Source of the DNA: Paramoeba atlantica
Lineage: Eukaryota; Protista; Discosea
Length of the DNA: 64,000 nt
Assembly (NCBI GenBank): GCA_977017575.1
Contig: CDRNVI010000149.1
Span: 496,001-560,000 of the forward strand
Direction of reading: 5' to 3'
The notes below the pieces were generated by a model. The model saw only the letters and a program-made list of their open reading frames with translations, was not told the DNA's origin and ran no database searches. Positions 39,557 through 50,884 of this stretch are shown here, one piece after another (position 1 is the stretch's first letter; the number at the start of each line of letters is the position of its first letter). The position numbers and the translations under genes are program-made.

Positions 39557-40305
39557 CTCATGGTCTGGGGGCAGCAGCTCTCAGCACCATTTCTGCAGTA
39601 AGAAGAATTCACAAAGATCTTGGCCTTACCCCACCAGTTGTGGATCAGTCAGTTGTCACTGCAGCTAGGAAGGTGCCAAGAAAACTCCCTGATGTTCAAC
39701 CATTTCCCATGTCTCTGGCAATCCATGCATGGGAAACTGGCTCCTCTTCGACCAAGTTCTATGCGGTCATTGCTGCATTGGCTTGTCGTCTAATGTTGCA
39801 CCCTGGTGAAATCGGTAAGATCCTCCTCTCGGACGTTCACCTCGCTCAGAGTGGTGTTTGGGTACGTCTCAGAGCAAGGAAGTCAGATAAGATTTTAAAG
39901 CGGAATCCATGGCACCTTTTGTCTTGCTCTTCGGATTCCATTAGAACCTTTTGCCTTCCATGCGCTGTTTACTTACTGTGTATTGCTCGATACGAAAATG
40001 GTACGGACGCAAGCCCACTGTTTGCAGATGTGAAAGAGTTTCCTCTTCCCCCTGGCATAATGGGCACCATTTTCAACTTTATTGCGGCAGCGGTGGATCC
40101 TTCCATGGGCTCCAGATTCACAGGAAAAAGTGGAAGGGTTGGTGGTGCAATCAGTGCAGCTCTGGGCGGAGCCCCTGAATTGGTCATCCGTACGTGTGGA
40201 GATTGGCGCTCGGACGCTATCAGGAGATACATTGCTGGCATTATGGCGTCGAAAACAGAACTTTTCTCCTTGATGGTCTCGCCAGGGACCATGACCCAAC
40301 CATAA
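38998..40305 (+). CDS. Tyrosine recombinase of the DIRS-like element (true start uncertain)
   Basis: 435-aa open frame with a SAM-like N-domain (LEPSTRASY...F...L). Box I is LMLHPGEI, followed by RKSDK, and box II is FTGKSGRVGGA...GDWRSDAIRRY. The catalytic R appears as H, and the HxxR H appears as K. Confidence 0.88.
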   Translation: MDDVALGLVTSAEHCSPPRHGSVRLQSVSGCSLLLFNDPLSKQCRCQCICKNLATESVDVSPSEYNRTSISNSVRISNTCPGRCAILEMSMVTTPVTWKCLAAHFGLDIRNNASTSQLFNRTVTDFIDKMDSSLVLPKPLCDPLEPSTRASYLTICAAFDSWACERDYCAFPATNAVLSEYVRSKLAHGLGAAALSTISAVRRIHKDLGLTPPVVDQSVVTAARKVPRKLPDVQPFPMSLAIHAWETGSSSTKFYAVIAALACRLMLHPGEIGKILLSDVHLAQSGVWVRLRARKSDKILKRNPWHLLSCSSDSIRTFCLPCAVYLLCIARYENGTDASPLFADVKEFPLPPGIMGTIFNFIAAAVDPSMGSRFTGKSGRVGGAISAALGGAPELVIRTCGDWRSDAIRRYIAGIMASKTELFSLMVSPGTMTQP

Positions 40306-40388
40306 CTATTTGTGCAGTCCTCTTTGGATTTCCTTCTGTCTTTCTCTCTTTTTCTTGTTTCTGTCTCCTTTTGTCTTCTCCATGAGTC

Positions 40389-40446
40389 TTGGCAGAGCGT
40401 GTGGCTGTTAACCACAAGGTCGGAGGTTCGAACCCTCCAGGTGGAG
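40389..40446 (+). pseudogene. tRNA-Asn(GTT) lacking nucleotides ~1-15 (starts in the D-loop)
   Basis: TTGGCAGAGC G TGTGG CTGTTAA CCACA AGGTC GGAGG TTCGAAC CCTCC AGGTGGA G plus a T-run. The 5' acceptor strand and 5' D-stem are replaced by the element end. Confidence 0.85.
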
Positions 40447-40838
40447 TTTTTTTTTTTTTTTTTAAAAAAAAATTACCCAAACCCCCTCAATAAGTTTGTG
40501 GATGCTTTTCAAGATTCATCAGACGCAAAATCAAGAGGGTTAATTGAGATAGTTTCAATTCCTGCACCTTCAACATTGGAGAACAATTCCCAAAAAGAGC
40601 AAAAAAAGAGGACTTACTTTCAAAATTGTTTTGAAAAGTTTCAAATTTTTTGTTGAAAAAGGAAGTTTCTGGAGTTTGGTGATCCCACAAAAAACAGATC
40701 CACCATTTGGATGGAGAAAAACAAAAAGAACAAACAATGACCTCAAAAAAATAAGACCAATTCTGCCCCACTGATATGCGCAGGTGGTGTGTGTGTGTGT
40801 GTGGGGGCGCAGTTCCACAAAATTGAAGAAAAAAAAAG

Positions 40839-40910
40839 CTCCCTTGCCGGGAATCGAACCCGGGGTGGCCGGGTGAAAGCCGACCGTGTTACCGACTACA
40901 CCACAAGGGA
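40839..40910 (-). tRNA. tRNA-Glu(TTC)
   Basis: TCCCTTG TG GTGTAGTCGGTAACAC G GTCGG CTTTCAC CCGGC CACC CCGGG TTCGATT CCCGG CAAGGGA G. Confidence 0.95.
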
Positions 40911-41549
40911 ATTTGTTGAAAAAAGACAAAAAAGAACTGTTCTGTGCTTTGTCCAAAAGACCATCAACTGGGGAGGACTCTTTTCACAACTCCTTCAGTT
41001 AAATGAAGAACCTCAGTTAAAATGGAGATAAATCAGAATATTGTTGTGATTGGCATGCATGTGTGTTCAAACACCCTCCCCCCCTCCCCCCCTCCCCCAA
41101 GGAGCCTTTCTCAGTTCTTTTGTCAAAATCATTTTTTTCGAAACTTGATTTTTCGAAAAAAAAATCATTTCGAAACTTCATTCTTCGAAAAACTAACCAA
41201 AGAGAGGGACCATTCAAAGGGGCCTTGGAAAATAAGCGTCCACTTTAAAAAAATTTCTTTCATTTGGTCAGAATTCAAGGTTCTCAATGCCCCCTCTGAA
41301 TTTGGACTTGGAACTCTAAAACTGGAAAAATCAAGAAAACTGATTTGTGGGAGGTGTGTTTCATGATCTCCTCCAAAATAAAACTGGTTGTTGAAAAAAA
41401 AAAAAAGTAGGATGCGAAAAGAGGCAAATAACAGGAAAAAAAATATTTTATTTTTTTCTGACCAATTCGAAAAAAAAAATATGCTTTTATTAAAATCAAC
41501 ATCATCTTGCCTTTAATGAATCTCCCCCCCCTCTCCTCTCAACTCAAGT

Positions 41550-43810
41550 CAAATACAATGTTCCCTGCCTGCCAACTGCTGGTAAATCTCTGATGAGAAA
41601 AAGGATAAAAAACAACTCTCTCTTTTGTCTGTTTTATTTTTTGGACTGAAAAGAAATTTTACAAAATTATCCTCTTGATTTGAGAGGAGTTCATATAGAT
41701 ACATAGAAATGGCAAAATACAAAAAGGGAATCCACAAGAAAAGAAAAGAAAAGAAAAGAAAAGAAAAGAAAAGAAAAAAAAAAAAACAAGAAAAGAAAAA
41801 AAAAAACAAGAAAAGAAAATAAAAAGGAAAAACCAAAGGAAAAGAAACCTCTTAATTTCAACAACAACAACAACAACCAAAAAAACACAAAGTGGTTCCA
41901 CAAAGTCTCTTTCTCTTCGCTCTTTCTCCTCTTTCCCTTTCTCTTTGTCTCTTACCTTTCCCTTTTTCCCTTTTTCCCTTTCTCTTTCTCTCTCCCATCC
42001 CCCCCCTTTCCCTTTCTCTCTCTTCTCTCTCTCTCCTCTCTCTCTTCTCTCTTTTTCTCCAGTTCTCTTTCTTCTCTTTCTCTTTCCCTCTTTCTCTTCG
42101 CTCTTTCTCCTCTTTCCCTTTCTCTTTCCTTCTTTCTCTTTATCTCTTACCTTTCCCTTTTCCCTTTCTCTTTCTCTCTCTCTTTCCCTCTTTCCCTTTT
42201 TCTTTCTCTCTTCTCTCTTTCTCTCTTTCTCTTTCTTTCCTCTTTCCCTCTTTCCCTTTTTCCCTTTCTCTCTTTCTCTCTTTCCCTCCTCTCTCTTTCT
42301 CTTCCCAAAGCCCCAAAACGAAAAAAAAAAAGCGATTTTTGGGGCTCGTGATTTAGAACCTTAATTTTTCGGGGTGCGGAAAAGTGGGAAAAGATCCTCT
42401 TTTCGTCTTTTTTTGTGCCTTCATTTTTTTTTTTGTTTTGCTCTCTCTCCTCTCTCTGCGCTTTTTGTTGTTCTCTTTCTTTTTTTGTGTTCGACAAACA
42501 CTTGACATCATTCATCATCACGTCTCCTTTCTCTTCTTTTCTGACCCCCCTTCTTTCTCTCTTTTGTCCAACCCCTGAGTAAACAAAACAAGAGAGAGAG
42601 GTCTTCTTCTTTCTTTTTTCTCCTTTCTCTTTTCTTTCACTCTCCTTGGAAGAAACTTGTGCTCTCCGAAACATCTTGGCTCTTTTTCTCTTTTTCTTTT
42701 TTTTCTTCTTTTTTCTTTTTCTCTTCTTTCTCTCTTTTCTTTCTTTCTTTTCTCTTTCTTTCCGTTCTCTTTCTTTCTTTTTCTCTTTCTTTCTTTTTTC
42801 TTTTTCTTTCTTCTTTTTCTTTCTTTTTTCTGGCTATTTTTTCTTTCTCTTCTTTTCCCTTTCTTTCTTGTTTTTTTCTCTCTCTTCTTTTTCTTTTTTC
42901 TCTCTGGCTCTTTTTTTCTTTCTCTTTGTCTGGATCTTGTTTTTTCCATCACTGAGTATCAAGTGACATTTTGAGCACCACCAAAAGTCTTCTTTGCCAT
43001 TTGGTTGGCAGGTACCCAGCAGTGCTGGAGAGGTACATCAACTTCTTGGGAGAGAGAAGGGGATTTAGAGTTTCAAAGAAAAAGAGGGGAGAGTGGGTGT
43101 TGTTGATTTGGGGTGGAGCATGAAGTGAGTGGCAGTGCGATGATGATCAATTTGTACTTTGACAGTTATGGTTTTTTGTTGGGAAAAAAGTCAAGGATGG
43201 TTGAAGGGGGGGGGGGGGGTGTTGTGAGGGGAAGGGAGGTGAGAGGTGAGGAGGGTTCAGGGGTGCCCATTTCCTGCCTGTTTCTTTTTTGCCCTCCCCC
43301 CCAAGCCCCAGTGGTGGTTTTTTCTTTTCTTTTTCTCTTTTTCTCTTTTCCTCTTGATTCCTTCTCTTCTTTTTTTTCTTCTTTTTTTCTTCTTTTTTCT
43401 TTTTTTTTTTAGTTTTTTTTCAAAACAAAAATCAGAAAGAAAATAGAGGAGAATTGAAAAAAGAAAAGAAGTGAAAAAAAAGAAAAGGAAAAGGAAAAGG
43501 AAAGGGGAGAAGAAGAAAAAAAAGATGGTGGTGGGATTGTGGAGGTGTTTCAATGTTGATCACATGTTGTTGTTGTTGTTGTTGTTGTTTTTGTTTTTTG
43601 ACTTTTCATACTCTCTGGATGCTAATTTGAAAATTCGGACCCAGAGAGAATGAATATATGATCTCAAAAAAGGAGTATATTATATATTTGTGTGGGGGTA
43701 AAAAAAAAAAAAGAAAGGAGAGACAGAGAAAAAGAAGGTTGGTGGGGAAGAAAATTGAGAAAAGGGTAAAGAAAAGGGTAAAGAAAAAAAAAAGAAAAAA
43801 AAAAAAAGAA

Positions 43811-43841
<31 letters not shown>

Positions 43842-46800
43842 AAAAAGAAGAAAAAAAGAAGAAGGTCTTCAGCACTCGGGATTCGAATGTGGTCACCCAC
43901 CATTCTACTAACCGAGCCCACAGCTGCTTAACTTCCGAGTTCTGATGGGATCGGGTGCTTTCAACTGGGTATGACCGAAGACACTTTCTCTTCTTTTTTT
44001 TCTCCTTTTATAACCCCCCCTTTTTTTTTTCGAAAATTGATTTCAACCTCCTTCAGAGAAGAGAGAAGGAATTCAAAATTAATGAGTGTTTTTTGTGTTT
44101 TTCAAAAAAAGACTCTCTCCATTCTTTCTGGGTTCTAATTTGTGATAATTCAAAGAGAACCCACCCAGAGAGCATGAATAATATACATCCAATCCAAAAC
44201 AACAACAACAAATATCACACTCAAGTGGGATAGTAATTAAGAAGTTCTTTCTTGTTTGTTTCCCCATCCACCTGAATCCCTGAATTTGAAAAAAATAATA
44301 AAAAATGAACTTTGAAAATCAAAAGAAAGGAGAAGAAATCAAATTAGAAGGAAAAGAAAGAATGAGAAAGAGGGAAAATTAAAGAGGGAAAAGAAAAGGG
44401 GGAAAGAAAAGGGAAAGGAAAAAAGAACAAAGGAAAAAAGAAAACAAAGGAAAAAAGAAAACAAAGGAAAAAAGAAAACAAAGGAAAAAGTGGCTGGAAG
44501 AGAAGAAGAACAAATTATCCTGAACACACTCACCATCACTAAAATTCCTTTGAAAAAAAAGAGAAACAGAGAAGAGAAAGAAAGGAGAGAACTGAGAAGA
44601 GAAAGAGAAAGAGATGAAACAAAACAATAAAAAATAAAAAACGAGAAAGAAATTTTAGCCGCAAAACTCTTAATTTTTTTGGAAGTCAAAAAGGAAAATG
44701 TTGGGTGTTTTGAACCCAATTTAAAAAATAGCGCTTCCTCTTTTTATTTTAGGTTTCCAAAAATCCCTCTGTTTTTTTTTTTGTGTTTTTTCTTTTTTGT
44801 GAAAGAGAAAGGAAGAGAGAGAAAAAGATCAAAAGAGAGGGAAAAAGAAGAGAAAGTTTGTTGATGTTTTGTTGAACAAAAGAAAGAAAAAGAGAAGAAA
44901 AAAAAAAAAAAGAAAAAAAGAGAAAGAAAAAACTATTTTTTTACTGCATCACATATCAGATTGGTTGTGAAGGGGAGATGAGATGTTTTGTGGGCATCAA
45001 CTCAACCACATGACATTGTGATTGGCATCAAGTGGAGTGGCTGATGAAACCAAATGCACAGAAGAGCTTGGACATCAATCCTTTTAATCTTCTTTTATAA
45101 TTCTTCTTTTCAAAAAGAAAGGGGGGGGGGGAGGGATTTCAGTGTTTTTGTGTTTTCAACTCTCCATTCTTTCTGGGTTCTAATTTGAGAATTCAAAAGA
45201 ACCCAGAGAGTATGAATACACACACAAAATATAAAAATATCACACAATCACTCAAGTAATAAAGGAGTTCTCAACCAATTTTCTTGTTTGTTTTCCCTGC
45301 ACTCCCCCCGTGATTATTTTTTTTAATCAAAAAACAAGAAAAGAAGAAAAGAGTAACTCTGACAAAGAAGAGTTCAAAAAGATCAAAGACAGACAAAGAA
45401 GAGAAGGAAGAACTTGCCTGAATATCATCATCAAAAAGAGAGAAAAAAGAGAAAAGAGAGAAAGAGAAAGAGAACAAAACAAACAGAATTAGCCACAAAC
45501 TTCTCGATTTTTTGATGGTAAAAACAAAAAAGAAAAAGAAAAGAAAGAAAAAAAGAAAGCATCATCATCAAAAATTTTTTGAAGAGAAAAGAAAGAAGAA
45601 AGAAAGAAAGAAAGAAAGGGACACTGATAGAAGAGATAGAGAAGGGAGAAGAGAGGGAAGGGAGAAGAGAGGAGAAGAGAGAGAAAAAAGAGAAAAAAGA
45701 GAGAAAAGAGAGAAAAAAGAAAAGAGAAAACAAACAAACAAACAGAATTTAGCTGCAAACTTCTCGATTTTTTGATGGTAAAAAGAAAAAAAAGAAAAAG
45801 AAAAAGAAAGAAAAAAGAAAGAAAAAAAGAAGCCAAAGAAAAGAAAAAGAAAACAGGGGGGCTGGGCGGAAGTAAAAGAGGGTTCAAAAGAGAAGAACAA
45901 CTTTCCTTCAACATCATCAAAAATTTCTTGAAGAGAAAAGAAAGAAAGAAAGAAAGAGAGAAAGAAGAAAGAGAAAAAAGAAAAAGAATGGGACACTGAT
46001 AAAGAAGAGAAGAGAGAAAGAGAGAAGGGGAGAAAAGAGGAGAAAAAAAAAAAAAAGAAAAATTTTTAGCCACGAACTCTTAATTTTTTTGGGAAGTCAA
46101 AAAGAAAAATGTTGGGGTGTTTGAACCCAATTTAAAAAATAGCGCTCCCTCTTTTTTATTTAGATCTCCAAAAGCCCGCTCCCTCTTTTTTGTGTATTTT
46201 TGTGAGAAGGAAGGAGCGAGAGAGAGAGAGAGAGGAGGGAGAAAAGAAAAAGAAAGAGGGGAAGAAGAGGGAAGGTGTTCATTCATTGGTGTTTGTTTGA
46301 CAGAGGAAAAAAGAAAGAGAATTTCTTTGATTTTTTTGATGGTCAGCCCACCTGGAAGTTATCCAGCTTCCGTCGTTGGGTGGCTTGGGGGACCGAAGGG
46401 CTGGTGTGCTGGATGGATGGATGGTGATGCAAAAGAGTGTGATGTGAGGGAGGGAGAGAGTACATGGGAGGGACCCCCCCCATCCTTAGGTTCTCTTTTT
46501 TTTGTTGCCTCGTGTTTTATTCTTTGTGTCATTCTTTTTTGATTCCTCACCCATTCCATTCTGTTTATTGTTATCTTTTTCTTGTTATTCTTCCTTTGTT
46601 TCCTTTGCCCCCTTTGTTTGATCTCTAAAGAAAGAGTGTATAACTCTTGGGGGGGGGGAGTTGTCTTTTCTTCAAAACACAATGGCTCTCTGTTTTTAGG
46701 AGAGAGAGGTGTGAAAATGGTTGGAAAAGGGAGACCTTTTAAAAATGATTTTTGTTTTGTACCTTTTTTGTTTCTCTTTCTCTTTTTTTTGTACCTTTTT

Positions 46801-49800
46801 TGTTTGATCTTTTTTCCTTTACATTGTGTTTTCTTTTTGTTGTTGTTGGGGGTTTCGACATGACAATGGCATCTCCCTGGTTCTGTTTGGTGATTTCCCA
46901 GTTTTGTTTTGATTTGTATGTGTGGAACCACCTCTCACAACCTCAGGAAGATAAGAAGAGTGACACTCCCCTCTTGTTATTTAAAAGAGGAGGGAGGGTG
47001 TTTGTGGCAACCGATTTTTTTTTGGGTGTTCTTTTTTTGGTTGTTGATATTTATTTGGTTGAGGTTAATTATTGCTGTATTGTTATTTTATTAGTTTGTG
47101 TTGTGATTATGATTGGTGATTGGTGATTGATTGTTGATTGTTGATTGGTGATTGATTGTTGATTGTTGATTGTTGATTGATTGTTGGTTGTTGGTTGTTG
47201 GTTGGTTGTTGGTTGGTTGTTGTTGGTTGTTGTTAATATCTTGTTGGCTTGTTGTGTTGTTATTGTTGTTCCATTGCTGTTTAAGTTTTTCTGATTATTG
47301 TTGTTTGTTTGTTTGTTTGCTTGTTTGCTTGTTTGCTTGTTTGTTGAATAATTAGTATTTGTTGGTCCTTTGTGGTACAAAAGGAGAATGATCTGTGTGT
47401 TATCAGCAAAGAGTGAAACACCCATTGAGACATTGGGTTCTATTTTTCTTTTTTCTTTTTTCTTGTTTTTCTTGTTTGTTTTTTAGTTTGTTGAGTTGTT
47501 TGATTTTGCTTTTGGTTGTTGATGTTTGTTTGGTTGGGGCTAAATATTGTTGTGATGTTATTTGTTTGTGTTGTGATTGTTGATTGTTGATTGTTGATTG
47601 TTGATTGTTGATTGTTTTTATTTTTATGTTGCTGTTTAAATTATTATTATTGGTTGTTGGTTGTTGGTTGTTGGTTGTTATTTATTGGTTGGTTGTTGAT
47701 TGTTGGTTGTTGATTTAATATCTTGTTGGTTGTTATTGTTATTGTCATTTTGTTACTGTTTAAGTTTTTCTGATTGTTGTTATTTGTTGTTACTACTTGT
47801 TGTTTGTTTGTTGTTTGAGGGGGGAGAGAGAGGTTTGTTTGTTTGTTTGTTTGTTTGTTTGTTTGTTTGTTTGTTTGTTTGTTTAATTGTTTATCATACC
47901 ATGTTTTACAAGAAGGAGGAGGGAATCTGTCATCAGCAAAGATTTAATAAAAAGGTCTTTGTGCCCACCATTTTGGGTTTTCTATTTTCCTTCCTTTATG
48001 TTTTGTTGGTTGTTGTATTTGTTGGTTGTTTTTTGTTGGGGTGGTGGTGTTTTGTATTTTTGTTTGTGGTATTATCAGGCTATATTTTTTTTGGTTTTAA
48101 TTGTGAATTGTTTGTTGTGTTTGTTTGGTTTTATTTATTTGTTTGGTGTATGTGTCTGGCTGTTGTTGAATATTGTTGAATGTTTGTTATTCTTTTTATG
48201 TTTATTTTTTTATTTGGTTGGTTGGTTGGTTGGTTGGTTGGTTGGTTGGTTGGTTGGTTGGTTGGTTGGTTGGTTGGTGTATTAATGTGTTGGTATTTCT
48301 TATTGTTTTTGTTATATTCTTCTTATTCTTTAATTGTAGTACTTGATTGTTGTTTGTGCTGTTTGATTTTTGGTTGTGGATATTTTTATTTGTTTTTGTG
48401 TTGTTATATTGTTGTGTTTGTGTGTTTGTGTTTGTTGTTTTTTGATGGTAACCACACCTGTTTGGGTTGGATATTTTTTATTTATTTATTTATTCTTTTC
48501 TTTTTCTTTCTTTTTCTTTTTCTTTTCTTTAGATGGGTCACCCCTGTTGGATAACATGGATAATTGTGGGGATGGCTAAATATTGGAGGGGGTGGGGTTG
48601 AGTTGATAGGAGAGGGGCAAGGTGTATTTTGGTTTTTTTTTTGGGGGGGGGGGGGTGGTAATCTGCAGGGGATATTGAAAAACACTAAAAAGGCTATAAT
48701 ATTTGTTCACATAAACAAATGTTGGAGCCTCTTTGGAACATTTTTCAAAGTAGTGATGAGTTATGTGGAAATATATATGGATTACATAAATACACAGCTG
48801 CTTTGCCTTTGCAGTGTATGGTGGTGGCAAGCAATGATTTCTATTGGGGAGTTCTCTCTTTGTGTTGCCAGATGAAATCTTTTTTTTTTGGGATTGGAAC
48901 ACCAAAAAGAGAAAATAGAACCCAATTTTTCTTTCTTTTGATTCTCTTTCTCTTTCTCTTTCTCTTTCTTTTCTTTTTTTCTTTCTTTTTCTTTCTTTCA
49001 TCTTTTTTCTTTTCTTCTTTCTTTTTCTTCCTTTCTTTTTCTTAAAATGAATTGAGGGATCTTAATGTGTTGGTATTTTTTGTTGTTTTTGTTATATTCT
49101 TCTTATCCTTGGGTTGTTGTTGTTGTTGTTGTTGTTGTTTGATTTTTAGTTGTGGATATTTTTATTTGTTCTTGTAAATTGGTTGTTAATATTGTTGTGT
49201 TTGTGTGTTGTGTTTGCTGTTTTTTGATGGAAACCCCACACACCTGTTCAGGTTGGTGATATTTTATTTATTCATTTTTTTTTTCTTTTTCTTTTTTTCT
49301 TCTTTTTTTCTTCTATTTTTCTTCTATTTTTCTTTTATTTTTCTTTGGATGGGTCAACCCTGTTGGATAATATGGATAATTGTGGGGGTGGTTAAATATT
49401 GGAGGGGGTGGGGTTGTGTTGACAAGGTTGTAGGAATGGAAGAAAATAGGAGAGGGGCAAGGTCTATTTTGGTTTTTTGGGGGGGGTGGGGTGGTAAATT
49501 TGCAATGGATATATTGTAAAAAAACTAAAAAGGCTTTAATATTTGTTCACATAAACAAATGTGCTTTGTTCTCTCTTTTGTGTTGCCAGATGAAACTTTT
49601 TTTTTTCCTCTTCTTTTTTTTTTTTTCCTTTTTCTTTCTTTTATTTTTTTTCTTCCTTCTTTTTTGTTCCTTTCTTTTTCTTAAAATGATGGACCCACCC
49701 TCAATTTGGTGTTGTTGTGGGTTTGAATGTGAATAAAAGAGTGTTTCTCTACTACCCCCCCCCCCTTGACCCCACCACACAACACAAAAACAAATTTCAC
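41550..49800. repeat. Low-complexity spacer: polypurine/polypyrimidine tracts, (GTTT)n/(GGTT)n/(TTGA)n microsatellites and local duplications
   Basis: Examples: (GTTT)n ~47834-47886 and (GGTT)n ~48216-48278. Duplicated blocks occur at 44040-44760 vs 45130-46190 and at 48300-48900 vs 49080-49620. Confidence 0.85.
43863..43982 (-). rRNA. 5S rRNA: 5S rRNA (single copy, opposite strand to the 45S units)
   Basis: GTCTTCGGTCATACCCAGTTGAAAGCACCCGATCCCATCAGAACTCGGAAGTTAAGC...GGGTGACCACATTCGAATCCCGAGTGCTGAAGACCT. It is 120 nt, the helix I ends pair, and a T-rich terminator follows. Confidence 0.95.
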
Positions 49801-50884
49801 AAAGCTCACTTGTTATGTTGAAGAAATAAAAAAGTGTTTTGTTCTCTTTTTCAAATTCAATTCTGGATTTCATTGTCAATTTTTTTATTTATTTTTCAGA
49901 GTGTGTGGTGTGTGGAGTGTGGTGTGATTTCCTTTGAACTTTTTGTGGAAATTCTTTTTTGATACAAAGAGAAAGAAAAAGGGAAAAACAAACTCATGAG
50001 TTGAGAGGTGAAAGAACAAAAAAAGGGTTGTTCAAAAGAAAGAACAAAGGAGAATAAAATAAGACTTTTTGGGAAAAAATGGGTAAGTAAAGAAATGACG
50101 TGGCATTATTTGATTGGTCCACTTTTTTAGAACTCCAAAATTAGCTTTTCTGGGTCAAAAAAGCTGCTCTTTCTTCTCAGAGGGGTTACATACATGATAG
50201 ATGCTCTCTCTTATCATAGGGGAGACCTAGAGTTATTCAATAGCCATTTTTTGTAAGTCTAAATAAGGAAATAAGATCGAGCAGAGTTTGAATTGAGTTG
50301 AAAAAGTCAATCTCAAATTATGTTGGATCTCTTTTCATTGAAAAATATCTCAGACATTTTTGTGACATTTTTTGCTTGAAGTTGTTTGTAACTTCAGACA
50401 ATAAAATTCAAAAAAAAATGTTGGAGTTATTTTTATTTTGTCTGTTTCAAATTTTGAAACAAAACAAAATTGAATTTGTGGAAGGTGATTTTTTTGTTGA
50501 TTAAAAAGACAGAAAAAACAACCAACTTCAATTACTGAATAAGAAAATTATTTTTCTTCTTTTCTTTTTTTTCTTTTCCTTTTCTGGAAATAAAAAAAAA
50601 ATAAAAAGAATAATCTTTTTCTTTCAGTTTATTTCTCTCTCTTTTGAAAACTTGGAAACAGAATACATTTGTTTTCAAACTATTTCATGAAGAGGTTCAA
50701 TGAGAAATTGCAAAGAGGATTTCTTTGTTGGAAAATTGAATTCTAACGAAAAACAAAAGACTTATTTTTTTGATAACAAAAAATTGATGAAATACTTTGA
50801 ATTCTTTTCGAAGCTACTTTTTCTTTTTTCCCAATTCGGGGGAGAAGAAAAAAATAGTCTTTTTTTTTCAGAAAAAAAAATAGT

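Larger units (their letters stand above)
35990..40388 (+). mobile_element. DIRS-like tyrosine-recombinase retrotransposon (gag; RT-RNaseH-methyltransferase; YR). Left boundary approximate.
   Basis: Canonical DIRS gene order, with the YR ORF overlapping the 3' end of pol in another frame. No TSD. The right end abuts a truncated tRNA-Asn. No ITR/ICR or split direct repeats found by eye. Confidence 0.88.

Noticed and set aside
39969-40415. Antisense ORFs over the YR, gag, pol and LINE coding regions
   Set aside because: They are shadow ORFs of GC-richer coding sequence with no independent motifs.
44700-46140. B-box-like GGGTTCAAA motifs on the minus strand at ~44710 and ~46120
   Set aside because: There is no cloverleaf or A-box, and they lie within a local duplication of spacer DNA.
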